This document shows, one piece after another, positions 1 through 10,200 of a stretch of 40,125 bases of DNA. The DNA is taken from the NCBI GenBank assembly GCA_032119875.1, contig JAUMFK010000005.1, forward strand, positions 1 to 40,125. The letters run 5' to 3'. The notes beneath the pieces were generated by a model. That model searched no databases. It was not told where the DNA came from and saw nothing but the letters and a program-made list of their open reading frames with translations. Source of the DNA: Rickettsiales bacterium (lineage in GTDB: Bacteria > Pseudomonadota > Alphaproteobacteria > Rickettsiales > UBA1997). Every line of letters starts with the position of its first letter. Within the stretch, counting starts at the first letter, position 1. Position numbers and translations under genes: made by a program.

Positions 1-501
1 AGAGAGCTAGATCTTGTTTTAGGGCAATCTTTTTTATTTAGCAATAAAGAGCAAGATATTAAAATAAGAGGTTTTAACAACAGTAATAAATCTAATATTG
101 TCGGACAAATTGGTATGGCAAAAAATAAATATTTTAATTTTACTTATAATTTTCAACTGCAAGAATCTAATTTAAGAAACGATGTAAATCAGCTTAATAC
201 TTATATCAATTATAAAAAATTTTTCTTAAATAATGAATTTTTATTAATTCGCAAAACTATAACTAATCAAAATAGAATCTCGCAATTTAATACTAATTTA
301 GGTTTTTCGCAAAAAAAATGGCAGTATCAAGTTAATTTTATACAAGATCTTGTTCAAAGAAGAATAATACAAAGAGGATTTAGCATTATTAATAAAGGTT
401 GTTGTGTTGATTTTGGCTTTTCTGTTTCAGAAGTGAATCAGAGTAATTTAATAAAACCGCAGCGAACTTTTAATCTTAATATTGCTTTTAAAAATTTATA
501 A
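1..501 (+). CDS. lptD: LptD/OstA-like outer-membrane LPS-assembly protein, C-terminal fragment (5' end lies outside the window)
   Basis: Frame 1 is open from base 1 to the TAA at 499-501, so tracked ORF 115..501 is only the tail of a longer CDS. Composition is N/Y/F/Q-rich and beta-strand-like. An adjacent Cys-Cys pair ('NKGCCVDFGFSV') lies near the C-terminus, as I recall for LptD. Confidence 0.5.
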   Translation, partial: RELDLVLGQSFLFSNKEQDIKIRGFNNSNKSNIVGQIGMAKNKYFNFTYNFQLQESNLRNDVNQLNTYINYKKFFLNNEFLLIRKTITNQNRISQFNTNLGFSQKKWQYQVNFIQDLVQRRIIQRGFSIINKGCCVDFGFSVSEVNQSNLIKPQRTFNLNIAFKNL

Positions 502-562
502 TACCAATATCTTTAATAATATTATTATCTTTTTTTTGTAAAAATATCTTGCTTTTTATCAT

Positions 563-1810
563 GTGCTTATTAATATTTTTGTGTTAATTAAATTATTATC
601 AATTGTAATGCCTATTATAAAATCTGTTTTTTCTTATATTTTTTTTGCTTTTGTTGCTTTTAAAAATGTTTTTTTTAAAAATTTAGGGCAGAAGTTTTAT
701 TTGCAAGATCCTTGGGGTAGTTCTTGGCAACCGCCAAAAAACACTCAATCTGCATCTCAAAACAATCAAAATCTTGGCAATAACCAGCAGAATAATCAGC
801 AAAAAAAACCGCCAAAAAATTCTAAAGATCCCTTATTTTCAAGCAATATAGATGATATTTTACAGAAAATAATCAAAAAATTTTACCATAATAATCAGCC
901 AAACTATCGCAATATTGTGATAGCTGTTTTATTTTTGTGGCTCTCGCTAGGTGTTTATAAGGTAAATCCTAGTGAAAATGCAGTTGTGTTATATTTTGGT
1001 AAATTTTCACAAGTAGCAAATCCGGGTTTAAATTATTATATACCATATCCCGTTGGTCAGATGATTAAAAAAAATGTAACAGCAGTAAATATTGAAGAAT
1101 TTGGCTTTTCTTCTCTTGAAAACAAATATCTAAATCGTAATCTTAATGCTGAAAGCTTAATGCTTACAGGTGACGAAAACATTGTCGATGTACAGTTTCA
1201 AATACAATGGCAAATTTCTGATATCAAAGATTTTATTTTTAATATCGTTGATCCTTATCAATCAATTAGGCAGTCTGCCGAAAGTGCTATGCGTGAAATT
1301 ATTGCACGTAACCCCATTGCTAATGCCCTTTCTGATGGTAAATTACAAATAGAAGATGATGCTAAAAATTTATTGCAAGAAGTTCTTAATTCTTATACTT
1401 CTGGTGTTAGAATTGTTAAGGTGCAGTTAAGAAGGGTTGATCCTCCTTCGCAAGTTCGTGATGCTTTTTTAGATGTGCAAACTGCTAAAGCCGATAAAGA
1501 AAAAGAAATTAACCAGGCACAAGCTTATTCTAACGATGTTATTCCTAGAGCTAAAGGCTTGGCATCTCAAATGAAAGAAGAGGCCGAAGCATATGCTAAA
1601 CAAGTTGTTGCAAATGCACAAGGTGAAGCATCTAGATTTTTAGCTGTTTATAATCAATATGCTAAATCTAAACAAGTTACTAAAAAAAGAATTTATCTTG
1701 AAACAATGGAAAAAATCTATAGTCAAAACGAAAAAATATATGTTGATAAAAACATTAGTAAAAATATGGTTATGCCTTATTTTTTTGATAATCAAAGTTT
1801 AAAAAAATAA
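563..1810 (+). CDS. hflK: HflK, SPFH/band-7 membrane protease modulator
   Basis: N-terminal 'DPWGSSWQPP' motif, one TM segment, then an SPFH domain ('NPSENAVVLYFGKFSQVANPGLNYYIPYP') and a coiled-coil tail. hflC follows 1 nt later. The start is uncertain: GTG 563, ATG 608, or TTG 701 just before DPWG. Confidence 0.85.
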   Translation: MLINIFVLIKLLSIVMPIIKSVFSYIFFAFVAFKNVFFKNLGQKFYLQDPWGSSWQPPKNTQSASQNNQNLGNNQQNNQQKKPPKNSKDPLFSSNIDDILQKIIKKFYHNNQPNYRNIVIAVLFLWLSLGVYKVNPSENAVVLYFGKFSQVANPGLNYYIPYPVGQMIKKNVTAVNIEEFGFSSLENKYLNRNLNAESLMLTGDENIVDVQFQIQWQISDIKDFIFNIVDPYQSIRQSAESAMREIIARNPIANALSDGKLQIEDDAKNLLQEVLNSYTSGVRIVKVQLRRVDPPSQVRDAFLDVQTAKADKEKEINQAQAYSNDVIPRAKGLASQMKEEAEAYAKQVVANAQGEASRFLAVYNQYAKSKQVTKKRIYLETMEKIYSQNEKIYVDKNISKNMVMPYFFDNQSLKK

Positions 1811-1811
1811 T

Positions 1812-2663
1812 ATGTCTAGTTTGCAAATAAAAGTTATTGTTTTTACTTTTTTCTTTTTAATTTTTAACACTTTTTTTGTTGTTGATCAAAGAAAACAAGC
1901 TCTTGTTTTGCAGTTTGGTAAAGTGATTAAAACTATTAATGTATCTGGTATTGCTTATAAAATTCCGCTAGTGCAGAATGCTATATTTTTTGATAAACGA
2001 ATTATAGATTTAGCTCTGCCAGAACAAGAAGTTATTGCTTCTGATCAAAAAAGATTGTTAATTAATGCTTTTGCAAAATATAAAATTATCGATCCTGTTA
2101 AATTTTATACCACAGTTGCAAATAATCAGGGTTTAGCAAATAAACTTGCAGGTATTCTTGATTCTAGTTTACGTCAGGTGATTGGTGAAATTTCTTTAAA
2201 CGAACTTCTTACCGAAAATCGTGGCGATATTATGAAAAATATTAAAAATGTAGTGAGTGCTTCTTCAGAAATTTTTGGCATCGAAATTGTAGATGTGCGA
2301 ATCATGAGAACTGATTTACCAAAAGAAAATTCCGATGCTATTTATGGTCGAATGCAAACCGAACGCGAAAAAGAAGCCAAAGAAATTAGGGCAAAAGGTG
2401 CTCAGGAAGCTCAAAAAATTAAAGCTGAAGCCGATAAACAAAAAACTATCATCGAAGCCGAAGCTAAAAAAGATTCTGATATTGTAAGGGGTGCGGCCGA
2501 AGCTGAAGCTAATAAAGTTTATGCCAACTCTTTTGAAAGAGATCCCGAATTTGCCGATTTTTATCGTTCAATGCAAGCTTATCAAAAAGCAATGTTAAAC
2601 GATAAAACAAAAATGATTATTTCTTCTGAAGGTGAATTTTTTAAATATTTTGGTAATAAATGA
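1812..2663 (+). CDS. hflC: HflC, SPFH/band-7 membrane protease modulator
   Basis: N-terminal TM segment, 'VVDQRKQALVLQFGKV' SPFH core, and an E/K/A-rich coiled coil. Positioned immediately after hflK. Confidence 0.85.
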   Translation: MSSLQIKVIVFTFFFLIFNTFFVVDQRKQALVLQFGKVIKTINVSGIAYKIPLVQNAIFFDKRIIDLALPEQEVIASDQKRLLINAFAKYKIIDPVKFYTTVANNQGLANKLAGILDSSLRQVIGEISLNELLTENRGDIMKNIKNVVSASSEIFGIEIVDVRIMRTDLPKENSDAIYGRMQTEREKEAKEIRAKGAQEAQKIKAEADKQKTIIEAEAKKDSDIVRGAAEAEANKVYANSFERDPEFADFYRSMQAYQKAMLNDKTKMIISSEGEFFKYFGNK

Positions 2664-4135
2664 TCTTTTTTTATAAAGTATTATTTTTAATCTGTTTAAC
2701 TGTTTTTCGTTTTAATTTCGCTTTTTGTCAAGAAAATAATAAAATTGAAAACAATAAATTAAGCACATCAGAAGAATTACCAAATAAATCTCAAATAATA
2801 TTTGGTTTTGCCGAATTAATTGAAACTTTACTTCCTGCTGTTGCTAATATTTCTGCTGTGCAAGGCTCTAAAAATCAACATTCCACAGTGCTTGATAGTA
2901 ATATGTTAGGTAGTTTTCCACCTACTCCAATTTTTGAAGAATTAAAAAAGCAACTCGATCAACAAATTACCGATAAAAAAAAGATAATTTCAATCGGTTC
3001 TGGTTTTTTAATTTCAAAAGATGGCTACATTGCCACTAATTACCATGTGATAGAAGATGCTTTTGAAATAAATGTTAGTCTACACGATAAATCTACTTAT
3101 AAAGCTAGTTTGGTTGCCTTCGATAAAAAATCTGATCTAGCTTTGTTAAAAATTGCCTCTAATAAAGAGCTAAAATTTGCTCGATTTGGCGATTCTTCTA
3201 GAATGAAAATTGGTGATTGGCTTATTGCTATTGGCAATCCTTATGGTTTTGGTAGCTCGGTTTCGCTTGGTATTTTATCTGCACGTGGGCGAGATGTTGG
3301 CAATTTGCAAACCGATGAATATTTACAAACCGATGCCTCTATTAATAAAGGCAATTCTGGAGGCCCTTTATTTAATAGTAAGGGCGAAGTTGTTGGTATT
3401 AGCACTTCTATTTTTTCACCTTCTGGCGGTAATGTTGGCATTGCTTTTGCCACACCTTCTAACAATGCTTTTCAAATTTTAAAACAATTAAAAGAGCAAG
3501 GTGAGGTAGTGAGAGGTTGGATTGGGGTTATGGTGCAAGATTTAAGCCAAGATTTGGCTAATTCTATTAAGTTAAATTCTTTAAAGGGTGCTTTTGTGAG
3601 TGATATTACTAAAAATGGCCCTGCAGATAAGGCAGGAATTATTCCTTCTGATGTTATTTTGCAGTTTGATGATCAAGAAATCACCGACACTAAAACTTTG
3701 CCAAAAGTAGTTAATAAATTACCAGTTGGTAAAAATGTTAAAGTAGTAGTGTTTCGTTATGGAAAAACTCAAACTTTAACTTTAACTATCGAAAAAAATC
3801 TTGCTGAAAATAATAAAAATACTAGCAAAACAAGTGCAATAAAATCAATAACTATTGGCAAGTTGCTGGGTATTAGTTTTGCCGAAGAAAAAATAACTAA
3901 TAAATCTGGTATCGATAATTATTTGATAGTGAACGGAGTTGACTCTCGCTACGATGCTTATTATAAAGGAATTGCTCTTGGCGATATTGTGGTGAGTGTT
4001 AATCAGCAAATTGTTACTAATTTTGCTCAAATGCAAAAAATAATTAAAAAAGCCCAAGAAAGTGAAAAAAACATCACTTTATTGTTAAAAAGAGAAAATA
4101 ATTTGTTACCAATTGTAATTTCTTTATCAAAATAA
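2660..4135 (+). CDS. degP: DegP/HtrA-family periplasmic serine protease with PDZ domains
   Basis: Signal-like N-terminus. Catalytic contexts are 'TNYHVIE' (His), 'DLALLK' (Asp) and 'GNSGGPLF' (Ser). Two PDZ-like segments are present. ATGA overlap with the hflC stop (2660-2663). Confidence 0.85.
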   Translation: MIFFYKVLFLICLTVFRFNFAFCQENNKIENNKLSTSEELPNKSQIIFGFAELIETLLPAVANISAVQGSKNQHSTVLDSNMLGSFPPTPIFEELKKQLDQQITDKKKIISIGSGFLISKDGYIATNYHVIEDAFEINVSLHDKSTYKASLVAFDKKSDLALLKIASNKELKFARFGDSSRMKIGDWLIAIGNPYGFGSSVSLGILSARGRDVGNLQTDEYLQTDASINKGNSGGPLFNSKGEVVGISTSIFSPSGGNVGIAFATPSNNAFQILKQLKEQGEVVRGWIGVMVQDLSQDLANSIKLNSLKGAFVSDITKNGPADKAGIIPSDVILQFDDQEITDTKTLPKVVNKLPVGKNVKVVVFRYGKTQTLTLTIEKNLAENNKNTSKTSAIKSITIGKLLGISFAEEKITNKSGIDNYLIVNGVDSRYDAYYKGIALGDIVVSVNQQIVTNFAQMQKIIKKAQESEKNITLLLKRENNLLPIVISLSK

Positions 4136-4157
4136 CTGCACCAAGTTTTTTTATCTA

Positions 4158-4180
4158 ATGCCGTTTCAACTTTAAAATTA
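4158..4180. repeat. Half-copy (single arm) of the 59-nt palindromic element family
   Basis: 'atgccgtttcaactttaaaatta' matches 21/23 with the left arm at 14618-14640. No inverted partner follows it. Confidence 0.5.
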
Positions 4181-4209
4181 AAACAAATTTGGAATTCAAC
4201 ACTGTCATT
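4180..4209 (+). repeat. 30-nt motif, copy 1 (overlaps the stop codon of the giant gene)
   Basis: 'aaaacaaatttggaattcaacactgtcatt' matches 25/30 with copy 2 at 34702-34731. Confidence 0.55.
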
Positions 4210-7200
4210 CTTGAATGCACCCCATAGGATCTATATTTATATTATAGCCGTTTGAATTAGTATTCCAGCAGTTATATGCACCAGAACACATACCAGGACC
4301 GTTGAAACAACCCCAGTAATTAGTTGTGCAAGGCACATTAGGAGAAAAATAATAAACATAACTTAAATTATTTAGATTAGGAACTGTTGCTGGCAATCCG
4401 ACATATCCAGTTATTTGATTTACATTGCAACTATTCCATCTGCAATTTGCGCTCCAAGTTCCATTTGCCTGACAAACTGGATTAGATCCCGGATTGCTCG
4501 AACCATAACCAGAACTACCATTGCAAATTGCTGTGTTGCCATATACTCCTTCAAGAGAAGAATAATTACTGTTAGCAAGAGTGCCACAACGATTTATATT
4601 ACAACTGCCATTCCAGCTTCCGTTATTGCAAGTAGGATTAGTTGGTGTAATGCTAGAGCTATAACCAGTGTTACAAGTTGCGGTTTCGCCACTGAAATAA
4701 AATATTTTACCTCCATGGTTGGCATTTGAAATGTTAGAGGCAGAGCAACCGCTGGCAATATTCCATTTTGCTTTAAGGTAATTTTCGACTGCTGTTCTTT
4801 GAGTATCGGTAAGTGCTTGTTTATAAAGAATAACTTCGGCTATTTTGCCGTTTAAACTCCAAGCGATATCTAATTTTAGTTTATCTGAAGCATCTCCATC
4901 TGAAATAGTGTCAGATCCTGGTGTTTGTATTAATGATTGTGAATTTTGATAAATATATAAATTGTTAACATCTTTTTTAAGTGATACAATGATCGGATTA
5001 TATGTTGGGCTATATATGCCAATTCTAGAGCTGTTATAATTGCAACATGACCCAAAATCAAAGTATAAATTACCGCCCCAATATGCAGAAAATAAAAATC
5101 TTTGACTAAGTTTATTACCATGAAACACCACAGATCCAGAGTCTGTTATGGTGTCTACTTTTTGCACAACAAAAAGAGTGGCGGTATTTTTTGCAGATCC
5201 AACATTACCAAGTAGATTATTAATGTTTATTGCACCACGATCAAGATATACATCAGAAGATAACCAATCATTGCCATCTAATTGCAAAGTAGGATAACCA
5301 TTGATACCACTTGATGAATATCGTGGTTGATTAGCTGATAATGTTTGATTTACCTCAATTGCACTACCGCCTAAAGCATCGGGAGATTGACTTTTCCATT
5401 TAGAAATTGCGGCCCCATTTGCAGGAGCAGAACTGCCTCCAAAAGCCGCAATTGGATTATCTTTGGTTTCAAGCCATAGCGATGGAGTGAGTTGCTGTGG
5501 AAAATTAGCGGTAAGATTAGTGATAGATGACCAATTAGAGTTATCTGCACTTTCAAAAAAATTAAAAACAGCTCCGCCACCGTTTTCATAATACCATATA
5601 TCAACTGATGCCACATCTCCGATATTTAAATAAACTGGGCTAGATGAGTTTCTTAATTCATATCCTCTATCACCCCACCAAGAAAAAACTGTATTTCCAT
5701 TGATTGTAATTTGCACTCCATCATCTGTTCCTGCATTAAAATAATGATTTCCTGTTCGGGTTGCTTTATAATAACCAGTAAAATGAATCATCACATTATC
5801 GCTTCTGCCTGTATCTAATACATTGCCACTTCCCCAATTGTTAAGCATAGTTGTGATAATACCAGAGGTTAATTTAGTGCCAGAAGATGTGCTTGGAGAT
5901 GGTCCAGAAGAATATGAAAATGTTTCGTATTGTAAAGATGGAGAGATTGAAACATTAGCGGTAAGATTAGCGGTAGGTGACCAATTAGAATTATCTGCAC
6001 TTTCGTAAAATGCAAAATAAGCTCCGCCACCGTTTTGATAATACCATATATCAACTGGCACCACATCGCCGATATTTAAATAAATCGGGCTAGATGGAGC
6101 GCTAAATCCTTCTGGTCTATCGAACCAATCATTAATGATTAACTGATTATTAACAACAATTCTTACTCCATCATCTGTTGTTGCACCAAAATAATGGTTT
6201 CCTGTTCGGGTTGCTTTATAATAACCAGTAAAATGAATTACCACATTACTGGTTCTGCCTGTATCTAAAATAAAGTTTCCTGACCAATTATAAACCATAT
6301 TTGTGGTAATGCCAGAGGTGAGTCTACTGCCAAGCGAATATGTATTAGGACTCGATCCTAAAGATGCAAATGTTTCATAGTATAATCCCGATAATACAGC
6401 AGAAACATTAGAAGAAACATTAGGATAGCAACCGCTTAATGCAAGAGTGCCGTTGTTGCAAGTATATTGTGGGGCTCCTGCATAACCAGTGTTGCAATAA
6501 ACACCTGCAGCAGAGCTTGATGTTGTGTTGTGAATAAGTGATAAAGAAGTGCCAGAATATACTTTGTAAGATCCCCAATTAGTGATAGAGCCATCAGATT
6601 TTAAAACAACATTGCAGTTACTATTGCAATCGCTAGAAGATGAAATTGTGGCAGTAGTTGAGCTACCGCTTGTGTTATTGCAAGTATAAGTTGCAGTGGC
6701 GGTGCCGCTATAACCAGCAGCACAAGATAAACCTATTGCTTGCGGAGTTGATCCTGTGTAGTTATAGGTAAAGACACTTGGTAAAGTATAGCCAGCAGGT
6801 ATTACACTTGGGGCAATGCAGGTGTTGATGGCACAACTTCCGACAGTAATATTTGTGGTGCCAGAATTTGTGCAAAGAGCAGTGCCAGAGCCAGTTGTGG
6901 TTAAAGAATAACCAGTGCCACACGATAAACCAGAAATAGTAGTTGGTAATATTTGACCTGTTGTAATGGAATTTATTTTTGATGTTGTGGCACCTGCTCC
7001 AAAACTACCGCTTAATGATGCAGTGCAAGTATTGGCAGTGCAACCGCTTAATGTTGCTTGTGTTGACGATCCTACACTGCCAGAAAAACATGTATAAACA
7101 GGAGTGCCAGTATAGCCAGTAGCACAAGATGCTCCTGTAATTGGTTGCGAAGTTGCGGTATAATTAACATTTGCAGGCAGATTGCTATAGCCAGTAGTTG

Positions 7201-10200
7201 CAGGAACTGTGCAAGTGTTGATGGCACAACTTCCGACAGTAATATTTGTGGTAGGATTTGTGCAAATAGCAGTGCCAGAGCCAGTCCAAGTTTTGCTATA
7301 ACCAGTGCCACACAATAATGAGTTTGCAAGAGTTGTATTGGTTGATGCTAAACTAGTTGCTGTGGTTATAGATGTTGATGTTACGGCACCTGTTCCAAAA
7401 CTACCGCTTAATGATGCAGTGCAAGTGTTGGCAGTGCAGTTTCCGTTAATGGTTGCAGTTGAGCCATATCTAGTGCAGTTAACGGTAATAGTTCCGCTAT
7501 ATCCAGTATTGCAAGTAAGTGATTGATTATGGGTAAAAGATCCTGCAACACCTGTGTAGCCTGTGGCACTAGTTGTGCCATTGCATACTTTTGGTAAACT
7601 CCATTTTTCGGCTAAATAATTTTGTATGCCATTGATTTGTGCTTGATTAAGTGCATTGTTGTATATTAGCAGTTCAGCTATGTGTCCGCTATATGGTTCG
7701 GCATTGTTAAATTTTCTACCAACAACAAAATATGTATTGCCAGTTGATAATGATGATAAATCTTGTGAATTTGCGTTTGGAGCAAGATTGTTTGGAGAAG
7801 GTGAATTATTATAAAAAGAGAATGGAAGAGAAATTGTTTTATTAACTACAATTGCGGTGATGTATGGGTTGTTATTGGTTATTGATGGATAGCCGCTAGT
7901 ATTATCTAATCTATCTATATTTTGGCCACTAAAATTTGGATTACTGTTAACAATCATCATACCTGCTCTTGTGCCTGTTGTGAGTGTAGAAGAAGATGAG
8001 TTCTGCTCCATGATTACATAATATCCAGATGTTGCTGTTGGTTTATAAACTGCAATGAGAGTGTATTGCCCAGAGCCATTGGTTATTGGCATTGTATTTG
8101 TTATATCAGTGAATAATGAATTATTTGTTGTAAGAGTTCCATCAAAACTTAATGAAGGTTTGCTGATACCATCAAAACCAGTGGCATTATAGGTTGGTTG
8201 ATTAGCTGATGTTGATTGTTTTACTATTGTAGCACTGCCATTAGCACTAGTTACTTTACTACTCCAAGCCGAAACTTTATTGCTAGAATCTTTGGTGATG
8301 GTATCAAGATCTGAAGCATCAAGCCATAAAGTGAGTTGATTTCCTGTAATAGTAATATCGGTAGGTAAGCAAGTGCCAATACGATAAGTGGTGCTAGAAT
8401 TTGGGCAGTTGATATTATTGCTTTCGGTATAACAAACTTGATATGGATCATTAGTATTAATACAGGCAGGTATGGTATAAATAGGGTTTGGAGCAGTGAG
8501 AGGCCCTGCACCATCGGGATCGTTGCAAGTTAAAGTGCCATAGCTATTGCCTGTGCTGATGTTATTAATAGTGTTGCCAGCAAATAAAGCTACACTACAA
8601 CTATTAGCAGAGCAAGAGCCAACATTTACTTGTGTGTTTAAATCAATACACAATGCAGTTGTGCCACCTCTGGTAAGATTGCCATAACCTTTATTGCATA
8701 AAAAATGATTTGAAAAAGGTTCGGCAAAAATTGCATTGGTTTGACCTGTTGCTATAGTTTTAGCAATGCCGTTATATGTGCCGTTGCTTATAGAAGCATT
8801 ACAAATATTGGCATTGCAGTTGCTGGCATTGATTGTGGCATCGATTGGGTCATTGTTAGAAGATGTGTTATCGCAAGTGTAATTTACAGTGGCGGTGCCA
8901 TTATAACCAGTGGTGCAAGATGCTGATATAGATCCCGATCCATAATTAACAGGGTTGGTAGAATAGCTATAGCCAGTTGTTGCAGGAACTGTGCAGGTAT
9001 TGATGGTGCAACCGCTAGCAGATTGAATTGTAGCGGAGGTTGGATTGCTGTTTGTTTTATTGCAAAAATAATTTATTACAGGAGTTCCTCTATAACCAGT
9101 AGCACAAGATGCTCCTGTAATTTCTCGTGAAGTAACTAACCCTGTATAACTATATGTAAAACCACTTGGTAAAGTATAGCCAGTAGGTATTACACTTGGG
9201 GCAGTGCAGATGTTAAGAGTGCAACTTGCACTCCAGATTCCGTTATTGCAAGTAGGATTAGTTGGAGCAGTGCTAGAGCTATAACCAGTGTTACAAGTTG
9301 CAGTTTCGCCACTCATGTAGATTGTTTTGACTCCATGGTTGCCATTTAAAAGAGTAGAGGCAGAGCAACCGCTGGCAATATTCCATTTTGCTTTAAGATA
9401 GTTTTCAACTGCTGTTATTTGAGGATCGGTAAGGGCTTCTTTATAAACAAGAACTTCGGATATTTTGCCGTCAAAAACACTAGCAATATTTAAAGCTGTT
9501 GACACAGTGGGATCGATTGTAATAGTTGAAGTTGCAGCATTTGCTGTTGATTGCACTAATAATTGTGAATTTTGATAAGCATATAAATTGTTACCTTGTT
9601 TTTTGACTGATAAAATTGTTGGTTGATTTGTGAAGGCAGTTTTGTTAATTGAAGAAGAAGATGAATCACAACAAACTCCAAAATCAAAAAATAAACTATT
9701 GCTATCATATGCCCTAAGTGCAAATTGTTGATCAGAATAATATAATTTAAATGATTTAGAATTGGTGTTATTATTGACTTGTTGCACAACAAAAAGAGTG
9801 GCAGTATTTTTTGAGGCAAGATTACCAAGTAATTTATCAACACTAATATTGAGATTAGATAGATTATCACTACTATCAAATTGTAATGTAGGGAAAGAAT
9901 TGATACCATTTGATATATAGACTGGTCTGTTAGTTTCTGATGCTTGATTTACCTCAATTGCATTACCGCCCAAAGCATCGGGAGATTGGCTTTTCCACCT
10001 ATCAATTAAAGCCCTATTTGCAGGAGCGGCACTGCCTCCAAAAGCCGCCAGTGGATTATCTTTGGCTTCAAGCCATAGTGATGGAGTGAGTTGAGTTGAG
10101 CCAGTGTTAGGGTAACAACCGCTTAATGCAAGAAAATTATTTTGTCCTTGCTCTGTTTTACAAGTGTATTTTGGAGTGCCAGCATAACCAGTATTGCAAC

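Noticed and set aside
1170-4057. Short ORFs overlapping hflK and degP (1170..1352, 3210..3482, 3241..3465, 3845..4057).
   Set aside because: They are nested in well-supported CDS in other frames or on the other strand, and they show no recognisable motifs.
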